Below are positions 31,827 to 45,900 of a DNA stretch of 64,000 nt, piece by piece. Within the stretch, counting starts at the first letter, position 1. The number at the start of each line of letters is the position of its first letter. This DNA is from the human T2T-CHM13v2.0 reference genome, Homo sapiens. The notes beneath the pieces were generated by a model. It had not been told where the DNA came from. It did no database searches and saw nothing but the letters and a program-made list of their open reading frames with translations. The position numbers were made by a program, and so were the translations under genes. The DNA lies in assembly GCF_009914755.1 (NCBI RefSeq), contig NC_060936.1, one strand, 5' to 3'.

Positions 31827-32838
31827 TTACATTTTGGCATGATTTTGCAGTGGCTGGTACCGGTTGTTCCTTTCCATATTTAGCGCTTCCTTCAGGAGCT
31901 CTTTTAGGGCAGGCCTGGTGGTGACAAAATCTCTCAGCATTTGCTTGTCTGTATTTTATTTCTCCTTCACTTATGAAGCTTAGTTTGGCTGGATATGAAA
32001 TTCTGGGTTGAAAATTCTTTTCTTTAAGAATGTTGAATATTGGCCCCCACTCTCTTCTGGCTTGTAGGTTTTCTGCCGAGAGATCCGCTGTTAGTCTGAT
32101 GGGCTTCCCTTTGAGGGTAACCCACCCTTTCTCTCTGGCTGCCCTTAACATTTTTTCCTTCATTTCAACTTTGGTGAATCTGACAAATATGTGTTTTGGA
32201 GTTGCTCTTCTGGAGGAGTATCTTTGTGGCGTTCTCTGTATTTCCTGAATCTGAACGTTGGCCTGCCTTGCTAGATTGGGGAAATTCTCCTGGATAATAT
32301 CCTGCAGCGTGTTTTCCAACTTGGTTCCATTCTCCCCATCACTTTCAGGTACACCAATCAGACGTAGATTTGGTCTTTTCACATAGTCCCATATTTCTTG
32401 GAGGCTTTGCTCATTTCTTTTTATTCTTTTTTCTCTAAACTTCCCTTCTCACTTCATTTCATTCATTTCGTCTTCCATTGCTGATACCCTTTCTTCCAGT
32501 TGATCGCATCGGCTCCTGAGGCTTCTGCATTCTTCACGTAGTTCTCGAGCCTTGGTTTTCAGCTCCATCAGCTCCTTTAAGCACTTCTCTGTATTGGTTA
32601 TTCTAGTTATACATTCTTCTAAATTTTTTTCAAAGTTTTCAACTTCTTTGCCTTTGCTTTGAATGTCCTCCCGTAGCTCAGAGTAATTTGATCGTCTGAA
32701 GCCTTCTTCTCTCAGCTCGTCAAAGTCATTCTCCGCCCAGCTTTGTTCCGTTGCTGGTGAGGAACTGCGTTCCTTTGGAGGAGGAGAGGCCCTCTGCTTT
32801 TTAGAGTTTCCAGTTTTTCTGTTCTGTTTTTTCCCCAT
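31827..32838 (-). pseudogene. L1 ORF1 (RNA-binding protein), disrupted
   Basis: MGKKQNRKTGNSK start, CGA>TGA at codon 130 (32449-51), 5-bp deletion near 31953 (1012 nt versus the canonical 1017). Confidence 0.95.
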
Positions 32839-33744
32839 CGTTGTGGTTTTATCTACTTTTGGTCTTTGATGATGGTGATGTACAGATGGGTTTTTGGTGT
32901 GGATGTCCTTTCTGTTTGTTAGTTTTCCTTCTAACGGACAGGACCCTCCGCTGCAGGTCTGTTGGAATACCCTGCCGTGTGAGGTGTCAGTGTGCCCCTG
33001 CTGGGGGTGCCTCCCAATTAGGCTGCTTGGGGGTCTGGGGTCAGGGACCCACTTGAGGAGGCAGTCTGCCCGTTCTCAGATCTCCAGCTGCGTGCTGGGA
33101 GAACCACTGCTCTCTTCAAAGCTGTCAGACAGGGACATTTAAGTCTGCAGAAGTTACTGCTGTCTTTTTGTTTGTCTGTGCCCTGCCCCCAGAGGTGGAG
33201 CCTACACAGGCAGGCAGGCCTCCTTGAGCTGTGGTGGGCTCCACCCAGTTCGAGCTTCCCAGCTGCTTTGTTTACCTAATCAAGCCTGGGCAATGGCGGG
33301 CGCCCCTCCCCCAGCCTGGCTGCCGCCTTGCAGTTTGATCTCAGACTGCTGTGCTAGCAATTAGCGAGACTCGGTGGGTGTAGGACCGTCCTAGCCAGGT
33401 GTGGGATATAATCTTGTGGTGCGCCGTTTTTTAAGCCTGTTGGAAAAGCGCAGTATTCGGGTGGGAGTGACCCGATTTTCCAGGTGCTGTCTGTCACCCC
33501 TTTCTTTGACTCGGAAAGGGAACTCCCTGATCCCTTGCGATTCCCAAGTGAGGCAATGCCTCGCCCTGCTTCGGCTCATGCACGGTGCGCTCACCCACTG
33601 ACCTGCGGCCACTGTCTGGCACTCCCTAGTGAGATGAACCCGGTACCTCAGATGGAAATGCAGAAATCACCCGTCTTCTGTGTCGCTCACGCTGGGAGCT
33701 GTAGACCGGAGCTGTTCCTATTCGGCCATCTTGGCTCCTCCCCC
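32839..33744 (-). promoter_or_regulatory. L1 5'UTR internal sense promoter (YY1 site CAAGATGGCCG) and antisense promoter region
   Basis: Complete CpG-rich 5'UTR with the YY1 motif at about 33723-33733. Confidence 0.85.
33293..33510 (+). pseudogene. L1 antisense ORF0 with premature stop
   Basis: ATG at 33293 gives MAGAPPPAWLPPCSLISDCCASN then TAG (33362-64). The downstream frame reads GYNLVVRRFLS...RVGVTRFSRC. Confidence 0.8.
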
Positions 33745-34072
33745 AAACTATCTTTTTAAACTTTCATTATAATCCTTGTGTGTGATTGAACTTATAAATG
33801 CAATGAATGCCTTTCTGGAAAATAGAAATAACTAGAATAGACTCTAAAAATAAGAAGCTAATAATCTTGGAAGGAAATACTTCTACAGAAGACCATGAAG
33901 GAAGAGGATTCTTCAGGTGAGTTCTTTCACTCTTGAGAGCATAATTATTATTATTATTGCTATAATGTGTCACAGAAAATGAATAAAATGTGAAAAAAGA
34001 TACAGAAATTTTTTTAGTTATGTTAATCTTTATACAGTTTACATAGAACCAAAAAACAATCAGCATTACTAT

Positions 34073-34152
34073 TTATATAAATTATAATATATACTTATAT
34101 ATTTTATATATATGTGTGTGTGTGTATATATATATATAATATATATATATGT
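34073..34152 (+). repeat. (TA)n/(TG)n low-complexity tract
   Basis: Directly visible. Confidence 0.9.
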
Positions 34153-34439
34153 GAATCTTGCCACAAGAAGAACTGAATTATACCTGCACTGTATCCATTA
34201 CCGTCACTTCTGGTTACAGTATCTTGCTTTGTTTTATTAAAAAAATCTTTGTTGTTATGTTATCTTTGAAGCTATCCAGTCAGCATCCCCTACTGTTTTG
34301 TCATAAGAATGGACAAATGACCAAATATGTTCTATCAGACTACTGCATTTTTCTTGGATATGTTGATTCAATGAAGGTGAAATATTTCACCCAAGTAGTG
34401 TTAAGCATAATATTTTCTCATATTTAATACAATAAAAAA

Positions 34440-34750
34440 GAGATACACTGTTTCTTTGTGAATTGCAAGATTTAAAAAGCTTTGTAGACTTCAAGTTGTT
34501 AGAAGCCATCTTTCTCCTCTTATGAAAGAACACTGCAAAATAATTAAGTCAATACACACAGAGCATTATAACCCAGTAATGGAAATTGTGATAATGCCTG
34601 CATGAATCTAAGCTCCTGAATTCAGTTATGAGGTACAAGCGTGTCTACCCTTAGAATTCACTATGTGGCATTCACTCCCCACCTGCTTTTTCTTGATAGC
34701 ATCTTGCAACTGAGTCTCTATTACTTGAAACCAGAAACAAAAAATATATA
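34440..34750 (+). mobile_element. Old MLT1 (J/K-like) LTR fragment
   Basis: AGAAGCCATCTT...GCTCCTGAATTCAG...CTGAGTCTCTATTACTTGAAACC resembles an MLT1 3' half. Confidence 0.45.
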
Positions 34751-37225
34751 TGACAATTACAATTCACTAAAATTAAGTAGGATTTACCTTGGAAATTCAG
34801 TGATAGTTTGTTAATTAAAAATCTATTAATATGTGTCAATAAGAAAATTAGAAAATATCACCTAAGGAGTTCCTGAAGTTCATTTTATAATCTGCAGTGG
34901 AATCCTTTAATAAAATTAACTAATTTAAGAAAGCGGGAATGTAGGGGTATTTTCATAAAATTATATAAAATATGTACCTCAAGCCAAAAGCTAACACGAA
35001 ACATGGTAATTCACTAAAGATATACTCATGAAAACCAGGAAGAAAGTGAAGATGTCTGTAACTGCTGTTGTTATTTTATATGACTCTAAATGTTCTGGCT
35101 AACACATGAATAAATGAAACAGATATGAGAAATGAAACTTTTAACAAGCAAAGTGTTAAATTATAATTGTCTAACATCACAGTTATATATCTAGAATTTC
35201 TAAAGAGTCAACTGAGAATTACTAGATTTACAAAGACAGCTTTAAAAAAAACTGGATCTATGATAAATGTAATATTTCTTTTTGAATTGAGGGTGCATAT
35301 GTATGGGAGGTGGTAGTCGGTCTGTGTGGATAAGCATTTTCGTTAATATATAGATAATATAGTGTGAGAAACCATCATCTATTTTGAAAAAAGCTCACTC
35401 CAGCATTCATATAATCCTGAACATTCCCCAGGATGAGTGCCTTTATATATCCTGTAAAACTGTCTTTCTTATGAGTCTCCACTTAACAATTCTGACCTTT
35501 TCATAGTTCCCCAAGCTGCCACAATTCTTCCTGCTCCATTATGCTTCAAATTATTCTCTTAATTTCCCAAATTAGAGCTAAAACTAGGCTGATTGTTTAA
35601 CAAACTTTATCAAATGCTGAGGATAACATAAAGGAATTACAATGCATAAAATGAAACCCTAAAACCAGATAATCAGGTCTTACTCCTCCTAGAGTCCACT
35701 GGTTAATTTCCTCCCTGGGAGTATCCCCTCTCCTTGGATCTAGCCTGAACAGTAGTCTCTTTTTAAAAATCTCCCTCTCTAGACTCTAGATTCTAAGAAC
35801 TCAACTTCCAGCAGAATAGCCCCCTCCACTGAAAGAAAAAAATATATAGTTCATAATATCACAGAGATGTCTCTGTGCCTGGAATGAATATCTAGTTCAT
35901 GATTAAATGGAATGCTTAATTTCTCAATCAGAAGCATCCCACCATCCCAGATACAGGGCTTCCTTTAGATTTGCATAAATTAAAAGGATTGCTCATATTG
36001 GTTCCTCTAAAGAAGGAAGAATATTACTGAAAACCAAAAGCTTCCTCTACCTTTAAGTCCACAGGAGGAAGAAAATTCAGGCAACCTGAAAATCGCATTT
36101 TGCCTCAGACATCATCCATTATAAATGTATTCAGACCTATTTAGATTAATCTCACAGCAATCCCTTTCTAGTAAAACAAAATAAAATGTAAAAATAAAGT
36201 AAAATAAGTGATATTATATTCAGCAATAACTGGGAATGTATAATGTATTTTTTAAAAGCCAAATTGCATCAGGTACTCCCAAAAAAACAGCCAGCAAATA
36301 GCCATCTGAGGAAATCAGTGGGCTATGGAAATAAAAATCACAATACTTTACTGCAGAATATAAAAATAACTTGAATAATTTAAGATAGCACTAATATTTC
36401 TATAATTTTTGCCAAATTTAAGGTAATTTTAATAACAATCTCAGTCATATTGACATCTGAAAAAAAATTAGCTAGAAAAATAAAACTCTGTGAAATTCAT
36501 CTGGAAGAATTCCAGGTAATTTTAAACTCCAGGATATTGGAAAATGAGTTACATGGGAGAGCTAATTCTGTAATATATGAACTATGTTTTAACACCATAC
36601 TGGTTAAAACTAGTTCTGCTGTTGGCTTAAGAATAGATAGGCAGTTAGCAAGACCACAACTGAAATACAAACTCTGGTCTGTATTTCATGTTTACATATA
36701 TACTAAAATAAGTGGTATATCCAAGATTTTTCAATAAATAATTTTGAAATGAAGTTTTTGTTAAAAAATCGGATTGTTTTCATGTCACACCATGCAACAG
36801 AATAAATTTCAAGTGGTTGATTATGAAACAAAAAAATATTAATCATAAAATGTGGAAAATTTTATTAGCTATAGAAAGAAGACAAGGTTGACTATATAAG
36901 CAAATTTAAATTAAAAACAGATGAAGACAGTACAATAGAATATGCAAAACAGTAGAAACACTAAACAACAGATTAGTGAATATTTTGCAGTATGTATGAT
37001 ATATAAGTAATGATATTAAAAGATAAAGAATTCATAAAATAATATATTTACAAAATAAAACTCCAGTAGAAATAATGAGCAACAAACAAGCAAAGGCAAA
37101 TTACATACACACAAGCAGAAATTAAAAATGTCTTATAATTACTCATAGAAAAACAATTAACCTTACTTCAAATCAGATATTTAAATACATAAAAAGGAAA
37201 TATTTCTCAGGTATCAGTGTCCTTT

Positions 37226-37226
<1 letters not shown>

Positions 37227-37280
<54 letters not shown>
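37227..37280 (+). repeat. Perfect (TAGA)13 tetranucleotide STR
   Basis: Uninterrupted 54-nt run. Confidence 0.98.
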
Positions 37281-37281
<1 letters not shown>

Positions 37282-37779
37282 CTTCTGGCAAGGGCAATGT
37301 AATTTATAAGCTGTACAACAATGATAAGATGTGAATGGGTGAGACTTTCTGTAAGACAATCTGGCAATGCTTATTACTAGTTTCAGGTATGTTTATACTC
37401 TTTAACTCAAGAGTTCCATTTTAAGTTTTGAAAAAGACTCATGGGAATCTATCTTAATGAAATAATCATAAATGTGGATAAAAACTACCCATAAAGTACC
37501 AAAAGTATGGATGTTTATAATAGCAAAAGAGTTAAATATAAAATAATGGTACAGAAATAGTGAAATCATGAAATAATATTAGCAGCATCTTATCATGGAA
37601 ATTTAAGTATCATTAAAATGGTTTCCTGAAAAAAGTACTCAAGATATTATACTTGAATTTAAAATTGAGTTTACTACAAAATTGTGGCCTTTGTATTAGT
37701 TCAATTATAAGAAAAAGTTGCACTTAAAATGAACTGCAATTAATATACTCAGTTAACAATCGATGCCCTTCTTTCCTTT

Positions 37780-38495
37780 GCTACTTTTGTTCCTTTCTCC
37801 TCTTCATTTTTCTTGACTAGACTATAGTTCACAAACTCCATCTAATCCATTAACAAATCTTACTTCTATCTTCAAAAGATATCCAGAATCAACCACTTCC
37901 CACCATATCAGCTGCTACTGTATCACACATCTGAGCTGAAATTAACTCTTACCTGTATTATGACAATAGCTTCTTAATGTTTTCATTCTTTCACCCTTGT
38001 CCTCACAGCACTGATGACTGACCATAAGTAAGGTTCTATGTTTCCCCTTAACCGAACAATCAAATGGCTTCCCATGGCACTTGCAATAGAAGTCAAATTC
38101 CATACAGTGATCTAAAGGGTCCAGTGAAATTTCCTCACTTCTCTAATGACATATTCTACTGATTTCTTATTTCAACCTTCTTTTGATTTCTTATCTATAA
38201 TGAGTCTGTTCTTCATGGAACATCCTTCCTTAACATCTCTATAGGCTCTTTTCAGCACTTTCATCAGGTGTTAACAGTTCCTTGCCTGACAAGTACCATT
38301 CTGTATTCCCCTTATCTTGTTTCTCACCATTTATTTATACATTCCTCACCCTTTTGCACATTCAATTGTTTTGTTTGCTGGTTTATTTTTTTTTTCATGC
38401 TAGAATATAAGCTCTCTGAGGGCTATAAATCCTAGACCTAGTGGAGCATATTGCTTAGATTTTTTGCTCAATAATTATTTGTTGAATGCATGAAT
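37780..38495 (+). mobile_element. L2a 3' fragment
   Basis: CTTCAAAAGATATCCAGAATCAACCACTTC...CTAGAATATAAGCTCTCTGAGGGC...CTCAATAATTATTTTGTTGAATGCATGAAT. Confidence 0.8.
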
Positions 38496-39181
38496 CAATA
38501 TATCTCACATGACATGTTAGTATACAATACAAGCCAAAAAACATTAGTGCAAAAATTCTGCAGGGTGAAGCAGAGCTTAACAAGCAATAATAATTGTGAT
38601 ATAGCTCATATCATTCTAGGGTAAATAATAAAATGCTTATGAAGCAATAAACACATAAAGGCATTCAAAACATTTACACCTAAGAACATATTTTGCATGG
38701 GTTCCAAAAGTCTATATGATAACTACTCTTTCAGATTCTCAGACATGTACCAGTTGCTCTTTATTTTTCTTATCAACTTATGATGAAGACATTGAACTCT
38801 ATAAGGATTATTTCTAGTCTATCAAAAATAAACACCACTTCTCAAAATATAACTTTAGTGATAGCATTAAAAATGCTTTAAAAATGCAATATAACCACTT
38901 TATTTAAAAATGCCATTATACTTCAAATATTTCCAGTTCTTAATACCAGATATATTTCCAGATGTTGTTCCATGTTCAATATAATTTTGTTTTTTCCTCA
39001 AATCTTTTGTAGAGTGCATCTTTATTATAAGTATATGTTTGAGAATCAAATTATTTTAGACCTAATATAATCTGCCAATCTTAAATCAATAGTTTATAAT
39101 GGCAAAATCAAAATTTTAGATACACAGTTACATATTGACAAATAATTGATACATTGTGCAGCATTGAGTCCTTCTATTTTC

Positions 39182-39488
39182 TTTTTCTTTTTTTTTTTTG
39201 AGACGGAGTCGGAGTCTCTCTCTGTCGCCCAGGCTGGAGTGCCGTGGCGCCATCTCGGCTGACTGCAAGCTCCGCCTCCTGGGTTCACGCCATTCTTCTG
39301 CCTCAGCCTCCCAAGTAGCTGGGACTATAGGCGCCTGCCACCACGCCGGGCTAATTTTTTGTATTTTTTTTAGTAGAGACTGGGTTTCACCGTGTTTGCC
39401 AGGATGGTCTCGATTTCCTGACCTCGTGATCCACCCGCTTCGGCCTCCTAAAGTGCTGGGATTACAGGCGTGATCCCCTGCGCCTGGC
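39182..39488 (-). mobile_element. AluY
   Basis: Y diagnostics. 16-bp TSD GAGTCCTTCT(A/G)TTTTC. Confidence 0.95.
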
Positions 39489-40073
39489 GAGTCCTTCTGT
39501 TTTCAACATGTGTGAACATAAGTCATATTAGAAGAAAAACCTCTTGGTGAATATACTTTTGATTTTACTAAATCCTATTTCTTGAATCATCTGATTCGGG
39601 TGCAATCTTTATTTTCCTAAAAAGTCTAGCAGTTTTTTAGGTACATGCATAAAAGAGTAAAAGGCTCCTTTCTTTTACCTATAACCATTCCTTACACATT
39701 CCACATGGTTACTGGTCAGTCCTTTAGGACCGGTGCTATTCAATCATCTTAATAAATCTACACTATTATTATATTAGTTTCTTTGAAATAGCTATATTTA
39801 GGTTACCTCAGGTAAAAAAGATTCAAAGTAAAGAAACACTGGATTATAAAAGAGGTATGAAAACTATCTTGCAAAACTTAATGAAAAACAGCATCCAGTA
39901 TCAATTAGAATCTAATAGGAATTCCAGTAGTTAGATAGCAGCTCCGGTAACTAAGTAGATTTGCCAGTTGTCCTTGAAGAATCCATTTCAACAGGTGTAA
40001 CTGAGATGCAAAAAACATTCCAAATGTTAGGGTATATTAAGGTCTTATACTGTGTCCAGATTCTGAAGGGCTG

Positions 40074-40604
40074 TGTATCATTTACTTACTGATGCATAAA
40101 AAAATCACCCTAAAACTTAGTGGTTTAAACCACAAGATTCTATTACTGTATATGAGTCTTTGTCTAATCTAGATGGTCCTGCTGTTCTAGGTGGTTTTGC
40201 TCATCTGGGCTGAGCTTGCCTGACCTTGGCTGGGCTCACATATGCAAGTGTGGTCAGATGATAAGTTGGTAGGGACTCCCTGGTCTAGGATAGCCTCACT
40301 CATATGTTTAATGTGAGGTCTGCTTTCAACTGGGTCAATGGAAATGACTCATCATCTAATAAGTTTATTCATATGATGATGTCAGGATACAGAAAGATCA
40401 AAAGCATGCAAAGTCTCTCTTGAGGCCTGGATTTGGAATTGACAAACTGTTACTTTTAGAGCTTTCTACCTAACAAAGCAAATCCCTAGGTGGAGAAAAA
40501 GAGCTAAAAAAATTTTCTTGAGAAAAAGAGCTAAAAAAATCACATTACAAAAGGTATGAAGATAAGGAGGATGAAGCCTTGTCGCCCTTTAGTAATCTAT
40601 CACA
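40074..40604 (-). mobile_element. MLT1 (G/H-like) solo LTR
   Basis: TGTATCA...ATCACCCTAAAACTTAGTGGTTTAAACCAC...AATCTATCACA. Confidence 0.75.
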
Positions 40605-41645
40605 GAGAAGAAATGACAGATTATGATTTGGGGAATGAATGAGTAATGAAAAGTTGTTTCATCTTTCTGTATGCAGAAGGACACACAATTAAACTATGAG
40701 ATTAACCTGTGGGCAATAAAAAATGGATTGGAAGTGGGAATAATAAACTGAAGGTGAGAACAGTAATGATTGTATCTTTCTATATATTTAAATGGTAATA
40801 AGGACTTGAATTCAGTTCAAATGTAAAGGAATGGAAAAGCTGATTTGTAAATGTAGAATTGACCAAAGCATGAGACTTCCAAATGAGAAGAGAAGAATAA
40901 AACCATTGTTCTTCTAAGTTCTCACACTTTATAACTGGATACAGACTACTGCCAAAATCCAAATATGAAATTGAAAAAGAAAGGATATAATTTTGAATAA
41001 AATTTCATATGACTGAATATGATCATTTGGCATTTTATTTATTTAGCTCATGGAAAAGGTGTAATTCCTGCTGGAAATTACCATAATTAGTTAGTAACAT
41101 AAGACTGTAATTCTTTTACAAGACGTACAATCCTTTCAAAAACTTTATGTTGCTCCCATCTCCTCCTCTTAGGTGCTTTTTCTTTGCATGAGAAAATCCA
41201 TTCCTTCTATTCATGAGCTTTTCAATCAGATCAATATTCTTCATTATATGCTCCTGAGAACTCTCAAAATTGAATTATCGTCTGGAGTGAATTTGTATAA
41301 CTTTGAACTCATGGACTGAGAAAGGGCAAAAATATTTTCCAAATCTATACGTATTTTCCCTCCTTAGAATTTCTGCTTCCTTCAATTTATCAATAACTGC
41401 TTCCAGAGCCGATACAACTTCTTATTTATAAGTCTGTGTTCCCTTAGCAAACACTGTATCTTGTCTATTTCATTATTTATGTCATAGAATTAAGAGGGCA
41501 AATAAGTATCCTTTCCTCAAATTACCTTATGTTCTTACATCATTTGCATGTTCTTTTCTTAAAGAGTTCTAATTTCAGTCTTCAAGTATCTGCTCATATC
41601 TGAAAATAATATTGTTCATTTATTGAACTCTTTCTAGTACAAGGA

Positions 41646-41953
41646 TGTTTTGGGTTGAATTGTGGATCCACAAAATTCATATGTTGAACTCCTAAACCTC
41701 TGGACCGAAGAATGCCACCTTTTTTGGAAATAGGGTTGTTGCAGATGTAATCAGTTAAGATGAGTTCACTAGGATGAGATGTAATATAACATGACTGGTG
41801 TCCTTATAAGGAGGGAAAATTTGGATAGAGGCATGGACATGGTGAGAATATCACATAAAGATGAAGGCAGAGATCTACAAACCAAAGATCACCAAAGAGC
41901 TCCAGTAAATCAATGGAAACTAGGGAAGAGGAATGCAGTCGATACTCAGAAGG
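41646..41953 (+). mobile_element. MLT1C-like LTR, 5' part only
   Basis: TGTTTTGGGTTGAATTGTG...TTTGGAAATAGGGTTGTTGCAGATGTAATCAGTTAAGATGAG...ATGACTGGTGTCCTTATAAG. Confidence 0.85.
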
Positions 41954-42138
41954 AAGTCTCTTCAAGATTGCAACATAAAAACTATGCTTGAGTTTTAGCG
42001 TGATAAGATTACAATATCATCTCTTACCTCAATATCCAGCCTGGTGACCTACTGTGTAGATTTTGAACTTGCCAGCTCCACTGCCAATTCCTTAAAATAA
42101 ATATTCAATTTCTTAAAATAAATATCTTCTCTAGACAG
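41954..42138 (+). mobile_element. MLT2 LTR 3' part, continuing at 51324-51433 after the provirus
   Basis: GATTTTGAACTTGCCAGC...GCCAATTCCTTAAAATAAAT, then beyond the ERV GTTCTTTTTCTCTGGAGGACTCTGATTAACACA. Confidence 0.7.
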
Positions 42139-42916
<778 letters not shown>

Positions 42917-42919
42917 TTT

Positions 42920-42937
42920 TGGTTACAATGAAGGGAT
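42920..42937 (+). promoter_or_regulatory. Degenerate retroviral primer-binding site, probably tRNA-Arg
   Basis: TGGTTACAATGAAGGGAT lies 3 nt after the LTR, 13/18 match to recalled TGGCGACCACGAAGGGAC. Confidence 0.55.
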
Positions 42938-45900
42938 TCTGAGTGGAGATGCCCCTGACCTTTGACAAATCTCCTATTGGTGCTTGGTACCAGCATGAGC
43001 TGATTTAATGGCTCAAACCAATAGGACAATTTGCTGAGGTCTGGGAGCACCCCCTCCAGAGAATCCCTGATCTCCCGAAATTTGGTCAAGATCTAAAGTT
43101 TATTTTGCTGTACAACTCACCCCCCTCCCCTCTAACTTTTTTTTTTTTTTTTTTTTTGGAGTTTACTTGCTTTCAACAAGAAAGGCAAGATTTCCTGTTT
43201 CCATAATGATGGAAGGCAGGTAATTCCTTTATGGAGTTTGAGCTTGCTCACAGCAGGAAAGATGAGTTCAAGTTTTTTTTTTTTTCCTTCTTCTAGGATG
43301 GTAGAAAGCAATCTTCAGCCTGAGACCCATTCCTAGGTAAGTAGCTGAATTGAGTTTTTTTTCTTGGTTAAAGTATAACAATCAACTGGTCTTAATTTCT
43401 CCTTACCATTAGAGCACTCAGTGATCATATGGCTGGGTTTTTGTTATTGTTTTTGTTGTTTGTTCCAGTCTTTTCCCCATCAGATTTGACCAACTCTACC
43501 TGACTTGGTCAAATCTGAGAATTCCAAATTATGGGTAACAAAACCTTTCTAATTTGGCTAAAATTCCTTGCAGCTGCAAAAGAGCAAGAAAACACAGCAA
43601 CAACAAAAACAAAACCATGTCCTTGGTTTCTCTGTTTGCTTCCTGTCTTAAAAAAAAAGGTTCTTTCATTTACTTTTTTTCCACCCCATATCTCCTTTCC
43701 CTTTTGCCATCTGCTGTACCAAAAAATCTAGAGACGGCTTCTAATGACTTGAACCTCTTTAAAGAATTCAGAACAAAGGTGCCATTCACCCATTGGGGTG
43801 TTCTGTTTCCTCTGTGGAGTTTCAAGAGTCATGGGGAGATTCTTCTTAGGTCTAAACCTCTGTTTTCCTACATTGAATAATCTGGGCTCTTTGACTTTGG
43901 GGGTACCAGAGATTACTTAATACTGTGAGAGGATTTGACCTTGGCACTTGTAATGGCAGATGAGAGCTACAAAGTAGGGGTGGTTGTGCATAGTTTACAG
44001 AAATTGGTCTTAGCTGTTTTTTTTTTTCTCTCCTAGGAAGTTGTTGTTTAAGGATCCTAATTCTAGTTCTGAGATGCATTCTAAAGAGTCATCTCTATCG
44101 CTTTTTTCTCCCAAAATTAATCTCCATTTGGCTTGTCTGTGCACATTTCTATGAGCAACTGAACTGTTGTTTGCATAGGTCAATGAGAGACTGAGTTTTC
44201 TCAGCTCAAAAGAAATAGGCATATCTTTCTCCCAGCTGAAAGGTGCCCCTGGGTGACCAGGGGCCTCGTGGGAGTGTCTGGGGGGTTGATCCCTGTGACA
44301 TGCAGCTGCCCTACAGGGAAATCCCAAAAAAAAATTAATTAAAAAAAGGCTTATCCAGGAAATGCATATAAAGGCTGATCACCTGGCATTTTGAGTCCTC
44401 TCAGAGATTATAGACCTCTGGAGAGAGAAATTGAGACACACAAGAGGGTGGAAACAACTCAGTGGTGATGCAATGTGGAGTCCTGCCCACAAAGAGCATA
44501 CATCCACCCACCACACAAAAACCCTAGGCCACAACTCAGTTCCTCCTTTTTTTAAAAAAGTGGGAAACAAATAATCTAAGAATGAGGAGAAAACAAGGAT
44601 AATGACAACCTTTTGAGCACTCCGTAGGTTTTATGGCACTTCTACTTGCCAGAGTTTATGTAAAATAGAAGTAATATAGTCTTTGTGCACATTTATTTTA
44701 AGGAAAAAGAGCCCTAAGGTCAGCCAGCAAACTATAGAGTTCCTGAGTTCTCCTTTTCTCTATTTTCTCTTCTGCCTGCTTTAAATCTGCTGTTATTTTT
44801 CTATTAATATAAAAACCACTGTTGGGATTCAACAGGTTATTTTTGCAAGCTGCTGAATTTTATATTTATCTCATGGCTAAAGTTCTGAAGTAAAAGCTAT
44901 AGGAACTTCGTGTGTGTGTATATGTGTGTGTGTATATATTTAAAAGACTTTTATAATTTCTATAATTTTATGTTTAATTGACAACTCCATTTTAATTTTT
45001 CTTTAGCACACAGGACTTTTTCTCTCCATACTCTATGATGTAAATTTTGCTATTTGATTTTCACCTGAGTTGTTTCCTTTAATATGCAAATTTAAGGCTA
45101 TTTAGCTAACAACTACCTAGGGTAATAAAACAGGTTGTCAAGAATTTGAAAGTTTAAGGTAGGAAAAAACAGGAGTTTTATGAATCTATAAGATGTACTT
45201 CTATCCACATGCCTAATACGTCTATGTATTTATGTGTTGTGTACACAGTGTTTCACTACTGATATATATAAAAAAGCTTTCATTAATTGGCTTAAGAAAA
45301 TAAAAGCACTTGAATTAAATACTTTATCAGAAAAAAAACTGGTCATATGTTTTTTCATGCTTTCATTTTAATTCAATTATGTAAACTTAAGTAAATGCTT
45401 AACTTTTACTTAAGTTTATGTAACTTAAGTAAAATCTGTAATAAATAAGCCAGCATTAACATTATTGGTAAAGTAATATTAGAAATGTCTTAAGAATTGA
45501 AAACATACATTTTTGTTTGCACTTATTAATCAAGCAATTTTATACTTATCCTGCCAAATACTATAAAGTATCAAAATTTGGCATAGGGGTTAAAAACACA
45601 GAATAATCTTTGCTTGTGTAATCTTTAATAAATAAACATTAATATTAGTTTAATGAAAATAGCTACCTCTTGAATTTAGTTTAGATTACCATAACTTCTA
45701 ATCTTGTGGGTGGTTTAGTCCATAAGCAGCAAGGTTTGTTTTGGAAAGGGATTGTTATTGTCTCTGTCCCAAAGCTAAACAATAAATTAAGTTCCTCCCA
45801 AAGTTAATTTTTCCTGTGCCCAGGAATGAACGAGGACAGCTTGGAGGTTAGAAGCAAGATGGAATCAGTTATGTCATATCTTCTTTACTGTCTGTTACAA

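Noticed and set aside
43531-44570. Short ORFs in the ERV leader as possible gag
   Set aside because: MGNK at 43531 could be a vestigial gag start, but no capsid or zinc-knuckle motif follows and the frames close quickly.
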